Of a DNA stretch of 64,000 bases, positions 27,399 through 37,376 are shown one piece after another. How positions within the stretch are numbered: position 1 is the stretch's first letter; each line of letters starts with the position of its first letter. The DNA lies in the NCBI GenBank assembly GCA_013388835.1, contig JACAEL010000026.1, positions 92,780-156,779 on the forward strand. The letters run 5' to 3'. The stretch comes from Candidatus Thorarchaeota archaeon. Its GTDB lineage: Archaea > Asgardarchaeota > Thorarchaeia > Thorarchaeales > Thorarchaeaceae. The notes below the pieces were generated by a model. That model did not search any database and was not told the origin of the DNA. It saw nothing but the letters and a program-made list of their open reading frames with translations. Position numbers and translations under genes: made by a program.

Positions 27399-29123
27399 AT
27401 GAAAAACGTGAAGAATGACCAAGGTGCGACCTCTCATGTCTCTGAATATGGGTTATGGGGAAGACTCCTTCCGATACTGCAGACTGTGTTTGTCTTGACT
27501 GTCATTGCTTGTTCACTGATTTCGCTCGTGGGGCCCATAATCAGCTTCGTAATCTCTGTACTCGGATACACCATAGGCATTCCAGCAGTCTTGACTGGTT
27601 GGCCTCTGCAAGCATTCATTCTCATAATACTTGGCTTCATTGGCTTTGGCAACGCCAAGGCCATGTCTAGCTACGAGTCTTTTGCTTACTCCTCCACACT
27701 GCAGATGAACCTGCTGAGTGCAGCTGTTCTCATTACGATCGGTCCCTTGGGCTGGACACTGGCTCCAGTGTCCGTACTTCTGGTTGTCCCCATGTTTCAC
27801 AAGAACCTCAAGCCCCTCTGGTACGCAGAGTTCAGGGAGGACATGGGGCCCCGAATGAAAGAGCTGAGGTATAGCCTTCACCTGGTCCGCAAGAGCCCGC
27901 TTGTCGTCGTCGGTATTCTCATCATACTTGTGTTCGTGGGGATCGCAGTACTGGCTCCGTTCATTGCACCTTATGGCCCAGAGGAGCGAGTCTGGACGGA
28001 CCCCAAGGCTCCCCCCGGTGCAGTGTCTAATTCTCCCAAGTTCTCCCAGAGATACGTCGAGCGGATAAACAACACGGCTCCGCTGTACCTGCCGAACGAG
28101 ACCTACATTCAATTCACTGTGACACCTGAGGAAGTTCGACTCCTCGAAGAACTCCCGAATGTGTACATGTCTCTGTCCGTGCGTGGGACAAATGAAACAT
28201 ACTATGCGCAGATTTATGCTGCCGTATACGATGTTGGGCGGGCACAGCTCCTCTCCATGACCCCTGAGCAGAGAGCCCTCCATAGAATCGCCGAGAAGTA
28301 CGATACCAACACACTTAGAACAACAGTCACTCTCAAAGACGATTCCCGTGACTATACCTGGCACTACTGGTTGAACGTCAGTCATCCTGCGATGCCTTGG
28401 AACCTCACAGGTGCACTGGTATTGAGATACAACCACTACTATCCGATTCACATCTGGGGTGCCGACGAGAACGGTGGTGACATCTTCAGCAGGATTGTCT
28501 GGGCCGCGCAGGTCGACCTTAGACTATCCGTGACCATAGTCGTCGTGGCCGTAGTGATAGGTGCGATGATAGGAGCCGTCGCAGGATACTACGGTGGAAA
28601 GATAGACGAGCTGATGATGAGGGTCACGGACATATTCTTCGCATTTCCAGGCCTGATACTCGCGATGGCCATTGTGATGGCACTGGGACAACGAAACCTG
28701 GAGAACATATCTTTGGCTCTAATGGTGACATGGTGGCCCGTTTATGCAAGACTTGTGCGGGGGCAAGTGCTTACGGAGCGTGAGAAGCTCTACGTTGAGG
28801 CCGCGCGGTCGGTCGGAGCCAGCGATATGAGGATTCTGCTTGTTCACATCCTTCCTAACACATTCCAGCCTCTGATAGTGCAGGCCACCCTAGACACTGG
28901 TGGAGTACTGCTGACTGCTGCAGGCCTGTCATTCATAGGTTTTGGAGCACAGGCTGGAGTCGCTGAATGGGGGTTGATGATTTCCACAGGACAGCTGTAC
29001 CTCACTGAGGCTCCATGGATGTCCCTCTATCCGGGTCTTGCCATTCTCATGACTGCGCTCTCTTTCAATCTGGTAGGAGATGGAATAAGGGACATATTTG
29101 ATCCCAAGCTCAGACGGAGGTAG
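27399..29123 (+). CDS. ABC transporter permease, OppC/DppC-like, with an extra N-terminal membrane region and a large extracytoplasmic insertion.
   Basis: The C-terminal half matches OppC (…GADENGGDIFSRIVWAAQVDLRLS...IFFAFPGLILAMAIVMALGQ...ARSVGASDMRILLVHILPN...). AGGAGG precedes the ATG at ~27399, directly after the TAG of the upstream gene. The first ~150 aa add 3-4 TM helices. A ~170-aa sequon-bearing loop is inserted before the core. Confidence 0.8.
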   Translation: MKNVKNDQGATSHVSEYGLWGRLLPILQTVFVLTVIACSLISLVGPIISFVISVLGYTIGIPAVLTGWPLQAFILIILGFIGFGNAKAMSSYESFAYSSTLQMNLLSAAVLITIGPLGWTLAPVSVLLVVPMFHKNLKPLWYAEFREDMGPRMKELRYSLHLVRKSPLVVVGILIILVFVGIAVLAPFIAPYGPEERVWTDPKAPPGAVSNSPKFSQRYVERINNTAPLYLPNETYIQFTVTPEEVRLLEELPNVYMSLSVRGTNETYYAQIYAAVYDVGRAQLLSMTPEQRALHRIAEKYDTNTLRTTVTLKDDSRDYTWHYWLNVSHPAMPWNLTGALVLRYNHYYPIHIWGADENGGDIFSRIVWAAQVDLRLSVTIVVVAVVIGAMIGAVAGYYGGKIDELMMRVTDIFFAFPGLILAMAIVMALGQRNLENISLALMVTWWPVYARLVRGQVLTEREKLYVEAARSVGASDMRILLVHILPNTFQPLIVQATLDTGGVLLTAAGLSFIGFGAQAGVAEWGLMISTGQLYLTEAPWMSLYPGLAILMTALSFNLVGDGIRDIFDPKLRRR

Positions 29124-29129
29124 AGAGAG

Positions 29130-30374
29130 ATGACAATAGCACAGAGTGAACTTGCCCTGAAAGTGAAAGGACTTCGTATGAACTTCTACACGTACGAAGG
29201 TGTTGTGAAAGCGCTCGACGGAGTCGAGATACGCCTCAAACGTGGTGACACAATGGGCATCGTGGGAGAGACTGGCTGTGGCAAGTCTGTCACTGCCAAG
29301 TGTATCCTTCGTCTGATAGAGCCGCCCGGACGAATAGAGGGCGGCCAGGTCCTGATATACGACACCGACCCTCAGACCGGAAAGGTTGTGGAACGAGACA
29401 TTCTGAAGCTGACAACCGAGGAGATGCTCGATATCAGGGGCAACCGCATCAGTATCGTCTTTCAGGACCCTGCCACCTACCCGAACCCGGTCTTCCGTGT
29501 AGGCGACCAGATAGCAGAGGTTGTCCTTCTGCACCAAGATCTTCGGAGAGATGCACTTCAGCTGAAGATTGACGAGCTGCGAGGAATGCTGTCTGCAGCA
29601 GAAGGCGATGCAACACAGGTTGGTGAGCACAAAGACTCATGCGAGTCAGGGGAACCCGTGAGAGCAAGGAGCCTGTCTCCAGAGAAGATGGCGAAGATAC
29701 GAGAGCAGATTGCCAAATACGAGTCGATGCTTGAGAATCCTCCAAAGCCTGACAAGAAGTACGCCAAGAAGGCGGCCATGCGTCGAGCAATAGAGATGCT
29801 GCGGATGGTTAAGATGCCCTCTCCCGACAGGGTAGCAATGCAGTATCCCCACGAGCTCTCCGGAGGTATGCGCCAGAGAGCGCTAATCGCCATGGCCTTG
29901 GCGAGCAACCCCTTACTCTTGATCTGTGACGAGGCTACGACGGCACTGGATGTGACTGTCCAAGCTCAGGTCCTCAATCTGCTTAACGAACTCAAGAAAG
30001 AGATTGGCAGCTCAATCATGATAATCACGCATGACCTCGGTGTCGTGGCGGAGACGTGCAACTCGGTCACTGTGATGTATGCGGGCAACACAGTCGAGAG
30101 TGCCTCTACGAAGGAGCTGTTCGAGAATCCTGTACATCCATACACAATTGGGCTGCTCCAGGCAATACCCAAGCTCCATGAGAACAAGGAGCGGTTGGAC
30201 CAGATTCTGGGCACGGTGCCCAATCTAATCAACCCTCCTTCAGGCTGCAGATTTCACCCTCGGTGTGAATATGCCACAGCAGAGTGCTCCGGGGTCAAAC
30301 CGGAACTGAAGGAGGTGCGCCCCGGTCACTGGGTCGCGTGCTACCATCCTCAAGGCAGAGTCGGAGGCGAATGA
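29130..30374 (+). CDS. oppD: ABC transporter ATP-binding protein, OppD/DppD-type, with a helical insertion.
   Basis: Walker A GETGCGKS, signature [15 protein letters not shown], Walker [13 protein letters not shown], and the C-terminal oligopeptide-ATPase domain (GCRFHPRC). A ~70-aa charged insertion (…[13 protein letters not shown]...[13 protein letters not shown]…) precedes the signature motif. Confidence 0.9.
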   Translation: MTIAQSELALKVKGLRMNFYTYEGVVKALDGVEIRLKRGDTMGIVGETGCGKSVTAKCILRLIEPPGRIEGGQVLIYDTDPQTGKVVERDILKLTTEEMLDIRGNRISIVFQDPATYPNPVFRVGDQIAEVVLLHQDLRRDALQLKIDELRGMLSAAEGDATQVGEHKDSCESGEPVRARSLSPEKMAKIREQIAKYESMLENPPKPDKKYAKKAAMRRAIEMLRMVKMPSPDRVAMQYPHELSGGMRQRALIAMALASNPLLLICDEATTALDVTVQAQVLNLLNELKKEIGSSIMIITHDLGVVAETCNSVTVMYAGNTVESASTKELFENPVHPYTIGLLQAIPKLHENKERLDQILGTVPNLINPPSGCRFHPRCEYATAECSGVKPELKEVRPGHWVACYHPQGRVGGE

Positions 30375-30375
30375 G

Positions 30376-31407
30376 ATGACAGAAGCACTTGTGAAGGTCA
30401 TAGGCCTTAAGAAGTACTTCCCGCTGACTGGCGGCGTCTTCAGAAAGGTCGTAGGCAAAGTACACGCGGTTGATGATGTGAGCTTCGAAGTATACAGGGG
30501 AGAGACCCTTGGGGTTGTTGGTGAGAGTGGTTGCGGCAAGACGACACTGGGCCGAACCATCCTTCGTCTGATCAATCCCACGGCCGGACAGATCATCTTC
30601 GACGGCCAGGACATCTCACGCCTCTCAGCAAGGGCGATGAGAGAACTGCGCGGTCAGATGCAGATAGTCTTCCAAGATCCCATGGCATCACTGGACCCGC
30701 GAGTCACCATCAAGAACTCTGTTGGAGAACCTCTTGTTGTCAATGGCGTTGCGCGTGGCCCAAAGATGCGTGAAATGGTACTCTCGTTGCTCGAAAAGGT
30801 CGGTCTCACAGAGGATCACCTGAACCGGTTCCCGCACGAGTTCTCTGGCGGACAGAGACAGCGCATTTGCATTGCCAGGGCCCTCGCTCTGAACCCCAAG
30901 TTCGTGGTCATGGATGAGCCCACCTCGAGCACTGATGTTTCAGTCCAGGCGCAGACACTGAATCTAATGAAGGACCTTCAACATGAATTCAAGCTCACAT
31001 ACATGTTCATCTCCCACAATCTCAGTGTTGTCAAGCACATGAGCGACAGGATTGCAGTCATGTACCTTGGTAAGATAGTTGAGCTCACACCGCATGACAT
31101 CTTCAGGAAGACCCTGCATCCCTACACGTTCGCTCTGGTGTCAGCAGTACCTGTGCCGGACCCGAAGTTTGCCGGGAGAGCACAGATCCTTCCGGGAGAG
31201 GTCCCCAGCCCCATCAATCCACCTGTGGGATGCAGATTCAATCCACGTTGCATATTCGCACAGGAGATATGCAGAACGCAGGAACCGGAGCTTAGAGACA
31301 TGGGTGATGGGCATCTGGTCGCTTGCCATTTCGCGGGTGAGCTTGACTTTGGCAAGAGCTCCCAGATGGAGTATGCTCAGGCCGACACTGCGGCGCAAGG
31401 GTTGTGA
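30376..31407 (+). CDS. oppF: ABC transporter ATP-binding protein, OppF/DppF-type.
   Basis: Walker [10 protein letters not shown], signature [15 protein letters not shown], Walker [13 protein letters not shown]-terminal GCRFNPRC. Its start overlaps the oppD stop (ATGAGATG). Confidence 0.9.
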   Translation: MTEALVKVIGLKKYFPLTGGVFRKVVGKVHAVDDVSFEVYRGETLGVVGESGCGKTTLGRTILRLINPTAGQIIFDGQDISRLSARAMRELRGQMQIVFQDPMASLDPRVTIKNSVGEPLVVNGVARGPKMREMVLSLLEKVGLTEDHLNRFPHEFSGGQRQRICIARALALNPKFVVMDEPTSSTDVSVQAQTLNLMKDLQHEFKLTYMFISHNLSVVKHMSDRIAVMYLGKIVELTPHDIFRKTLHPYTFALVSAVPVPDPKFAGRAQILPGEVPSPINPPVGCRFNPRCIFAQEICRTQEPELRDMGDGHLVACHFAGELDFGKSSQMEYAQADTAAQGL

Positions 31408-31687
31408 CAGCTCGCCCGGGAGAGCGCCCAGAGAAGCCTCAGTACCTCAGGAGGTCAAAGACCCCGTGAGAGAGAATGAAGACGGTGACCACACCATAGA
31501 AGAGCGTACTGATTGGGATGAGTATGTGCACATCCCGGAAAACAGGCAGGAGAGCGTGAGCCTTGAGCTGAAGGACTATGTCGCGCTGTTCATAGCAGCA
31601 CTGCAGACAGTCTTCCTGCCGCTGGTCATTCTCTCCGTACTTCTCGTCGCAGCCGCTCTGGCCTTCACATTTCTCTGGTGAACCATC

Positions 31688-32038
31688 ATGCCTATCGACT
31701 GGGAACGGTACAGGTCTGTCATGGAGCCAATGGCAGTGGCCTCTGCCATCTCTGTCTTTGACCTACTCCTAGCACTGGTTGTCTTTCTCTTCGACCCCAC
31801 GAGGAACGTGTATTTCATTGCCTCAGATGCGCTCTTCCTGGAGTTCGGCGTAATGCTGGTTCTAGGGGCTTGTTTCATGTCTAGGGAACCAATCTCCGAG
31901 GCGGCCCGGCAGAAGGCGGATGGGACTCCTACGACGTCATGGCGTCTCTCACAGTTGGGCAAGAAGATACTGTATTCGACGGTCTTTGTCTTCCTCTTTG
32001 GCCTGTTGTTTGTAATTGTCGGCTATGCACTGAAATGA
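31688..32038 (+). CDS. Small hypothetical membrane protein (116 aa).
   Basis: Two to three hydrophobic helices (AVASAISVFDLLLALVVFLF; LFLEFGVMLVLGACFM; STVFVFLFGLLFVIVGYAL) on the same strand as the opp genes, downstream of them. Confidence 0.45.
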   Translation: MPIDWERYRSVMEPMAVASAISVFDLLLALVVFLFDPTRNVYFIASDALFLEFGVMLVLGACFMSREPISEAARQKADGTPTTSWRLSQLGKKILYSTVFVFLFGLLFVIVGYALK

Positions 32039-32824
32039 CTACCATCGCATTCCTGACGCCATCTCTTCCTCTTCCGACCGCCCTCCACTGAAGCGAGTCC
32101 AGACTGCCCGGGGTATGATGTAGAAGGCAAGCACTATCACCAGACCAATGTACACCATGGCAAGTGCCAGACTCCAGCCTGCGAGTGTTAACGCGGGGTA
32201 CAGGACGAGATACACTATCAGAGTGGAGATGCAGTGCGCTACCAGTGTTGGCACTTCTTGAGCCCAGGGCGCCAACAGGATGAACGTGATGCCAATGATG
32301 GCGGACCTTGCAGTCCACTGACGGACGGAATCCACTGCAATCTTGAAGTAGAGATAGTCATGCGCACACAAGCTCCTCCAGTCTGCTTTGCCCAAGTCCT
32401 CAAGGTACTTCTCGGAAATGCGGGGCCCGGAAGGTCCCAGTATTACCAGAAAGGTCATGGCGAAGACCGCCACTGCTCCACCAAAGAGCGCGATGGACTC
32501 TACTAACAACAACGTGAGAATGACTGCTGCACTGCTCATGACCAGTGCAATCACAAGGAAAGCGGCTAGCGTACGAGTGTTCAGAATGTCCTCAAAGAAG
32601 AGTCTCAGGTGGGTAGGTCTGTCAGAACTGATGTTCTCCATGGCCCACTTGTGAGAGTAGCACTCAGAGGGAACACCCTGCGCTGATGGGTCGAGGGATG
32701 AGACATCATAGTACTGGCGAATCCTGTCTCCGTGCTTCTCCAGTTGTACTAGTCCTCGTCCTCTGATTGCCGTTCGCACCAAGACTAGTACACCGCTGAC
32801 AATGAACGCAACACCGAGGTCCAA
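32039..32824 (-). CDS. Hypothetical polytopic membrane protein (261 aa).
   Basis: Several predicted TM helices (LAAFLVIALVMSSAAVILTLLLV; AVAVFAMTFLVILGPSG; IIGITFILLAPWA; LIVYLVLYPALTLAGWSLALAMVYIGLVIVLAFYII). No recognisable family. Confidence 0.5.
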   Translation of the reverse strand: MDLGVAFIVSGVLVLVRTAIRGRGLVQLEKHGDRIRQYYDVSSLDPSAQGVPSECYSHKWAMENISSDRPTHLRLFFEDILNTRTLAAFLVIALVMSSAAVILTLLLVESIALFGGAVAVFAMTFLVILGPSGPRISEKYLEDLGKADWRSLCAHDYLYFKIAVDSVRQWTARSAIIGITFILLAPWAQEVPTLVAHCISTLIVYLVLYPALTLAGWSLALAMVYIGLVIVLAFYIIPRAVWTRFSGGRSEEEEMASGMRW

Positions 32825-32842
32825 CTCTCAGCATCTCCAGCT

Positions 32843-33754
32843 CTACAGTGAATACCTCTCCCGTACCAGTCCTTCCAGTACGATGAGCCACATGCATCCA
32901 AGCAGTTCTCTTGAGGAGTCACCGCCTGTCTGCGCAGGCAATCCCAGAAGCAACACGACGTCCCCTCTGAGGGCGTTCTCAGCGTACTGCCCAGTCTTGA
33001 GTCTGAAGAGGCTTCCGTCTCCACTGATAGAAAGCCCCAGATCATGAAACGTCCTTGGACTATCACAGTACCTGTAGTCGAAGTCACGACTGAGGTCCGG
33101 CAGAATCTGGGTGTCTGGTCCAGATACTCGTATCCGAAGCCTGAACTGGCGCAAGACATAGTGAGCGACCAAGTCCTTCCGACCAGTTCCAGCCGGTATC
33201 AGAATGGGCCTGCCCTCCGGCCTCTCGACCAGACGCGCCTCGACAAGACCGGAGAAGTCACCACATTCACCTGTGAACACAACCTCATCATGGCGGTCGA
33301 TGTCTACAGCGAGATCCCCTATGACTTCTCTCTTCACTCCCTCAGGGTTGTCCTTGGTCTCGGCGCCAGGTTCCCAGTGAAACCACGGGACGGTCAGCAT
33401 CGGGAGCATCTTGTCCGGGTATGACCGCTTCCGCTCCATGATCTTCTGCGTGGCTGGATTCGTCACAAACAGAGCAAGTGAGAGAGGACGAACGCTTCTC
33501 AGATGTTCCTTGAGGAACTGAACCGCAGCTCCTCTGTCCGGGCACAGCGACCTTGTCGCTTCCACAAGCTGAGCAATGGTCAGCTGAACCTGTCCTGCGG
33601 TGTCTATCTCCTGTTGCTGCGAGTAGTTCAGGGCGAAGCTGACTCCAAGTCGCTCTGACACAGCGTCAAGAGATCTGGAATCCAATCTGACTCGGGCTGC
33701 CACACTCGAATCGTCTGTGAGTCTAGCATAATCCTTCCGGTCTGCGCCACCCAA
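32843..33754 (-). CDS. Hypothetical protein (303 aa), family not recognised.
   Basis: Long ORF with soluble-protein-like composition and no motif I can assign. Confidence 0.4.
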   Translation of the reverse strand: MGGADRKDYARLTDDSSVAARVRLDSRSLDAVSERLGVSFALNYSQQQEIDTAGQVQLTIAQLVEATRSLCPDRGAAVQFLKEHLRSVRPLSLALFVTNPATQKIMERKRSYPDKMLPMLTVPWFHWEPGAETKDNPEGVKREVIGDLAVDIDRHDEVVFTGECGDFSGLVEARLVERPEGRPILIPAGTGRKDLVAHYVLRQFRLRIRVSGPDTQILPDLSRDFDYRYCDSPRTFHDLGLSISGDGSLFRLKTGQYAENALRGDVVLLLGLPAQTGGDSSRELLGCMWLIVLEGLVRERYSL

Positions 33755-33799
33755 TGGATATCTTGAATACCGCTACGAGTCTGGCAATCCCGAGCCGAT

Positions 33800-34657
33800 T
33801 TGACAGACGAAGCCAGTCACACACGCAGCAGCCATATCGACAGATGGCTGAGAGTCTTTAACGGAGGCCAGAGGAACAGTGGCGACACTCAGCCATTGAT
33901 TCAACAGGACTTGGTGCGACTCGTAAGAGACCGTGTTGTGGACTTCGACGCGCTTCATCTCTCAACCAGAAGACGGACCCCCGTTGCTGCTTGCAGACTG
34001 AGCGTTTCACCCGTTCGAGGGTCGATGGCTCTTGCAGACCTAGCATACCTTCCCGGGGAGCGCGAATCCGCGGAGTCGTTGATGGAAGTCGGTCTTGCAA
34101 AGGCGAGGGAACAAGGTCTCTCAGAACTGGTGATGTGGGTCAGCGAGAAGGCAACAGCAATCGCTGACATGACTGCGTGCTTCTGCTTTGAAGCGAGAAA
34201 AATACGGGCTAGGTATGTCAGAACACTGGCCGCCGAAGGAGAACCACCGACAGGTGAGCAGTCGTGCCGCACGGAGCCTGCAACAGGCCCTGGCCGCCTC
34301 TCTCAACTCCTTCTTGGGGGCGTCCCCAGTCTTACAGACCTCGTCTCTGAGTGGAAGAGCCCGTTCACAGTCGCTGTCAAGGACACAGATGTCTCCGTGA
34401 GCGTCTACGAGTCCGAGGACTCTAGGAGAGAGTGCTGGATTCACTTTCATAGCAAGAATCCGACAGACTGCAGAATGAGCATCTCCGTATCCACCCTCGA
34501 AGCCGTATTGGCTCTGCTGTACAGAAGAGGGGTCCGAAATGTCAACACCGAGGTGTGTCTTGATCATCACTTGAATGACTCACTCTCGCAAGCGGGATTC
34601 GAGCTCGTTACAACATACTATGAGATGGTGATGTCGTTACAACAGGCCGAGGACTAG
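33800..34657 (+). CDS. Putative GNAT-family N-acetyltransferase, possibly a tandem GNAT fold.
   Basis: …LMEVGLAKAREQGLSELVMWVSEKATAIADMTACFCFEARKIRARYVRTL… resembles the GNAT acetyl-CoA-binding core. Two overlapping - strand ORFs exist, and the call rests on motif resemblance only. Confidence 0.4.
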   Translation: MTDEASHTRSSHIDRWLRVFNGGQRNSGDTQPLIQQDLVRLVRDRVVDFDALHLSTRRRTPVAACRLSVSPVRGSMALADLAYLPGERESAESLMEVGLAKAREQGLSELVMWVSEKATAIADMTACFCFEARKIRARYVRTLAAEGEPPTGEQSCRTEPATGPGRLSQLLLGGVPSLTDLVSEWKSPFTVAVKDTDVSVSVYESEDSRRECWIHFHSKNPTDCRMSISVSTLEAVLALLYRRGVRNVNTEVCLDHHLNDSLSQAGFELVTTYYEMVMSLQQAED

Positions 34658-34860
34658 ACGCTACAGAATTACTCACACTTCGTCTGTCGGTATGCTCGTG
34701 GCTGTCGAGCTTGAGGTAGTGTTCTACATCTTCACATCGTCTCACATGGCATACCAGTCGAATGAGCCAGTCCACACGGTGTTATGAAGAGACTCGACAG
34801 AAGCTCGGCGCCTGTTGGCATCCAGCAAGACGATGAAAGACTAAAATCCTCGTTGTTAGC

Positions 34861-36105
34861 ATGCGCGGGCGTGATGAACACTATATGTTATCCCGCTCTG
34901 CGATCGTGCTGATGTTATTGCTTGAACTCATCTGCGGTCTGCAGGTCTATCAGCGGCTTTACCAGGTCTTCTTGGTGGATGGGGGAGTGATATTTGGAGA
35001 TGTTACTTGCCACTACTTCCCGGCAGGCATGGCCATCATCAACGGGCATTCTCCATATGATAGTCCATTCATTACTCATCCGCCGCTGATGTTGCTGTTG
35101 TTCGCGGCTGCCGTGTATGTACATCCAGCCCCGTACTCGATTGGCATCCTCATCATGTGCACATACTTCCTATTGCCTCCGCTGGCTCTTGTGACTGCAT
35201 TGCAGCGTCTTAGCGAGCGCCTATCGGTTCTGACTGCGTGGGTTGTCACGCTCAATCCACTGACTACTCATGGATTCGTTGTGCTCATCGACGATGACGT
35301 GATTATCATGCTCGGGCTGCTGGTAGTCGTATGCCTCTATCCTCGTCACCGTGTTGCATCCTCATTGGCTGCTGCCATCTTTGGGGGAATGAAGTTCGTT
35401 CCCCTTCTGGCTGGTGTGTTCTTGGTCATGTTGGACAAGAATACCTGCCTGGCGTGTCGTCTTCGTCTTCTGTGCCTTCAGGCTGTGGTCTTCTCATGTA
35501 TCATGGTGTTGGGCACCGCGCTCTGGGGGTCGGTGACTCTGACTCGCTTGCTTCACTACACTTCCTACGTGAAGATTGACTATCCCGCCATGAACCCCTA
35601 CTACGTCCTCTTCGTCTTCTGCCATGTACCTGAGTACCTGCTTAGACTAGCGTCGGGCGTCGCAGCGGCCGTTCTAGTCAGCGCCTACTTCCTCTTCCGG
35701 AGGAGATCTCAAGGCGAGGGTCCGGATTGGACTGTGCTGGACGCAACTGTCGCCTGTGTAGTGGTGCTCTTGGGCAACGTTGAGACGAGCTACATGTACT
35801 ACTCTTGGTTGATACCACTTGCCTCACTAGTCGCGCTTGGTGCTCTGGCCCAGAAGCGTATCGTGACTTCCCTCTGCCTGCTAATTGAGTGCGTGGTATT
35901 TGGCTATCTTGCCTCCGAGTGGGCCTACTACACATGGGCCTACGGGGAATCCTTCTTGGTATGGGCATACGTGGCGTCATGTATTGCCCCGTTCGTCCTT
36001 CTGTGCGTCCTGGCAGTCGCTTGTACATCAAGAACGCAGCAGGATGCGGGCTCAGTTACCTTCAAGAGGACTATGCAGTGGGAAGGAGTCGTTGGAGTGC
36101 GATGA
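34861..36105 (+). CDS. GT87/DUF2029-like polytopic membrane protein; putative GT-C family glycosyl(mannosyl)transferase.
   Basis: Ten or more hydrophobic helices. The N-terminal loop GDVTCHYFPAGMAIINGHSPYDSPFITHPPLMLLL fits the D..Y..A...G.sPY....YPPl signature of DUF2029/GT87. Its stop overlaps the start of the downstream ATPase (ATGA). Confidence 0.45.
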   Translation: MRGRDEHYMLSRSAIVLMLLLELICGLQVYQRLYQVFLVDGGVIFGDVTCHYFPAGMAIINGHSPYDSPFITHPPLMLLLFAAAVYVHPAPYSIGILIMCTYFLLPPLALVTALQRLSERLSVLTAWVVTLNPLTTHGFVVLIDDDVIIMLGLLVVVCLYPRHRVASSLAAAIFGGMKFVPLLAGVFLVMLDKNTCLACRLRLLCLQAVVFSCIMVLGTALWGSVTLTRLLHYTSYVKIDYPAMNPYYVLFVFCHVPEYLLRLASGVAAAVLVSAYFLFRRRSQGEGPDWTVLDATVACVVVLLGNVETSYMYYSWLIPLASLVALGALAQKRIVTSLCLLIECVVFGYLASEWAYYTWAYGESFLVWAYVASCIAPFVLLCVLAVACTSRTQQDAGSVTFKRTMQWEGVVGVR

Positions 36106-37187
36106 ATGACGAGGTCATCCTGCGCGTCAGGAATCTGAGAGCGTTCTACACATCTTCTAAGGGTCTGGTCCGGGCTGTAGACAATGTCAGCTTCGATCTG
36201 AGAGAGGGCGAGTGCATCGGCATACTGGGGGAGTCAGGATGTGGTAAGAGTTCCATGGCACTCGCGATAATGGGTCTTTTCGAGAGAGTCGCTCGCTATT
36301 CTGCAGGTACCTCGAATGTCCCTGGTCTACGTCAGGAGTTTGATAGAGGTCTTACTGCAGCGGGAGAGAGTCGGCCGGGTGTTCAAGGGAAGGTGTTCTT
36401 CAGGGACTTGGAACTGACCGCCCTTCCGGAGGAGGAGTTCGTAAAGATCCGGGGGCGGCAGATCTCATTGATTCCCCAAGGTCTCCAGCATGCGCTCAAT
36501 CCTCAGTACAGCATCGGCTATCAGACTGGGGAGCCTGTTGAGGTCCACGAAGAGAACATTCGTCTGATACAGCTGAAGCGTCGTGTACTGGAGTACCTCG
36601 GACTGGTCAGCATCGCAGACGCAGGCACAAGGTTCGTCCTTGACCCGAGTTCTTTCTCTGGTGGCGAGGCGCAACGGATTCTCATTGCAATGGCCCTGAT
36701 AGCCGGGCCCCATGTGGTCATAGCTGACGAGCCCACGTCTGCACTGGACGTCACCATACAACGTCAGATCATGAACGTCATGGCGATGATTCGTGATGAG
36801 TTCAGTGTTAGCCTGATACTGATAAGCCATGACGCTGGTGTGATTGCTGAGCTTGCTGACCGCGTCGCTTGCATGTACGCAGGCAGGATCATGGAGATTG
36901 GAACCGCAGAGCAGATGTTCCTGAGACCTTCACATCCTTACACTATGGGTCTGATGAGTTCGTTCCCCACCATTGCAATGATGAGAATGAAGGCAGGCGG
37001 GAAGAGACCCGTCCTACGAGGGATTCGGGGCGACCCGCCAGACCTCACGAACGTGCCGAGCGGATGTCCCTTCCATCCCCGCTGCGACTACGCCATTGAC
37101 CGATGCAGGACCGAAGTCCCGGAGTTCAGAGAGGTGGAGAAGGACCATTGCATAATGTGTCATAGGTATGGAGAACTCACCACCTGA
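36102..37187 (+). CDS. Orphan ABC ATP-binding protein, OppD/F-type (oligopeptide-family C-terminal domain).
   Basis: Starts MNDEVILRVRNLRAFY. Walker A GESGCGKSS, signature FSGGEAQRILIAMAL, Walker B VIADEPTSALD, C-terminal GCPFHPRC. A ~50-aa insertion after Walker A is shared with the convergent ATPase. No ABC permease lies adjacent. Confidence 0.85.
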   Translation: MNDEVILRVRNLRAFYTSSKGLVRAVDNVSFDLREGECIGILGESGCGKSSMALAIMGLFERVARYSAGTSNVPGLRQEFDRGLTAAGESRPGVQGKVFFRDLELTALPEEEFVKIRGRQISLIPQGLQHALNPQYSIGYQTGEPVEVHEENIRLIQLKRRVLEYLGLVSIADAGTRFVLDPSSFSGGEAQRILIAMALIAGPHVVIADEPTSALDVTIQRQIMNVMAMIRDEFSVSLILISHDAGVIAELADRVACMYAGRIMEIGTAEQMFLRPSHPYTMGLMSSFPTIAMMRMKAGGKRPVLRGIRGDPPDLTNVPSGCPFHPRCDYAIDRCRTEVPEFREVEKDHCIMCHRYGELTT

Positions 37188-37376
37188 CCTGCAATCACGA
37201 CCTGTCCTATCGCCACACAGTTCAGCGTTGTCCAACCGCGCGTTGCCAGCGACCTTCCGACAACAGGACGATACTGAATCGGTAGTGCCTCCTGCCGTTG
37301 GGCTAAGTTGCGTAGGCGACACCGAGGACTCACGCTCAGCCTGATGTTGCGGTGGACCTGACTGCTGAAGAGGCGA

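Noticed and set aside
27513-28451. A 312-aa ORF on the - strand overlapping the oppC-like gene.
   Set aside because: The opposite-strand OppC homolog is strongly supported by family motifs; this ORF has no recognisable features.
31373-31681. A possible ~100-aa + strand ORF overlapping the 3' end of oppF, with a hydrophobic C-terminus (…LFIAALQTVFLPLVILSVLLVAAALAFTFLW).
   Set aside because: It has no canonical start outside the oppF coding region and no recognisable family. It may be a real small membrane protein, but the evidence is insufficient to call it.
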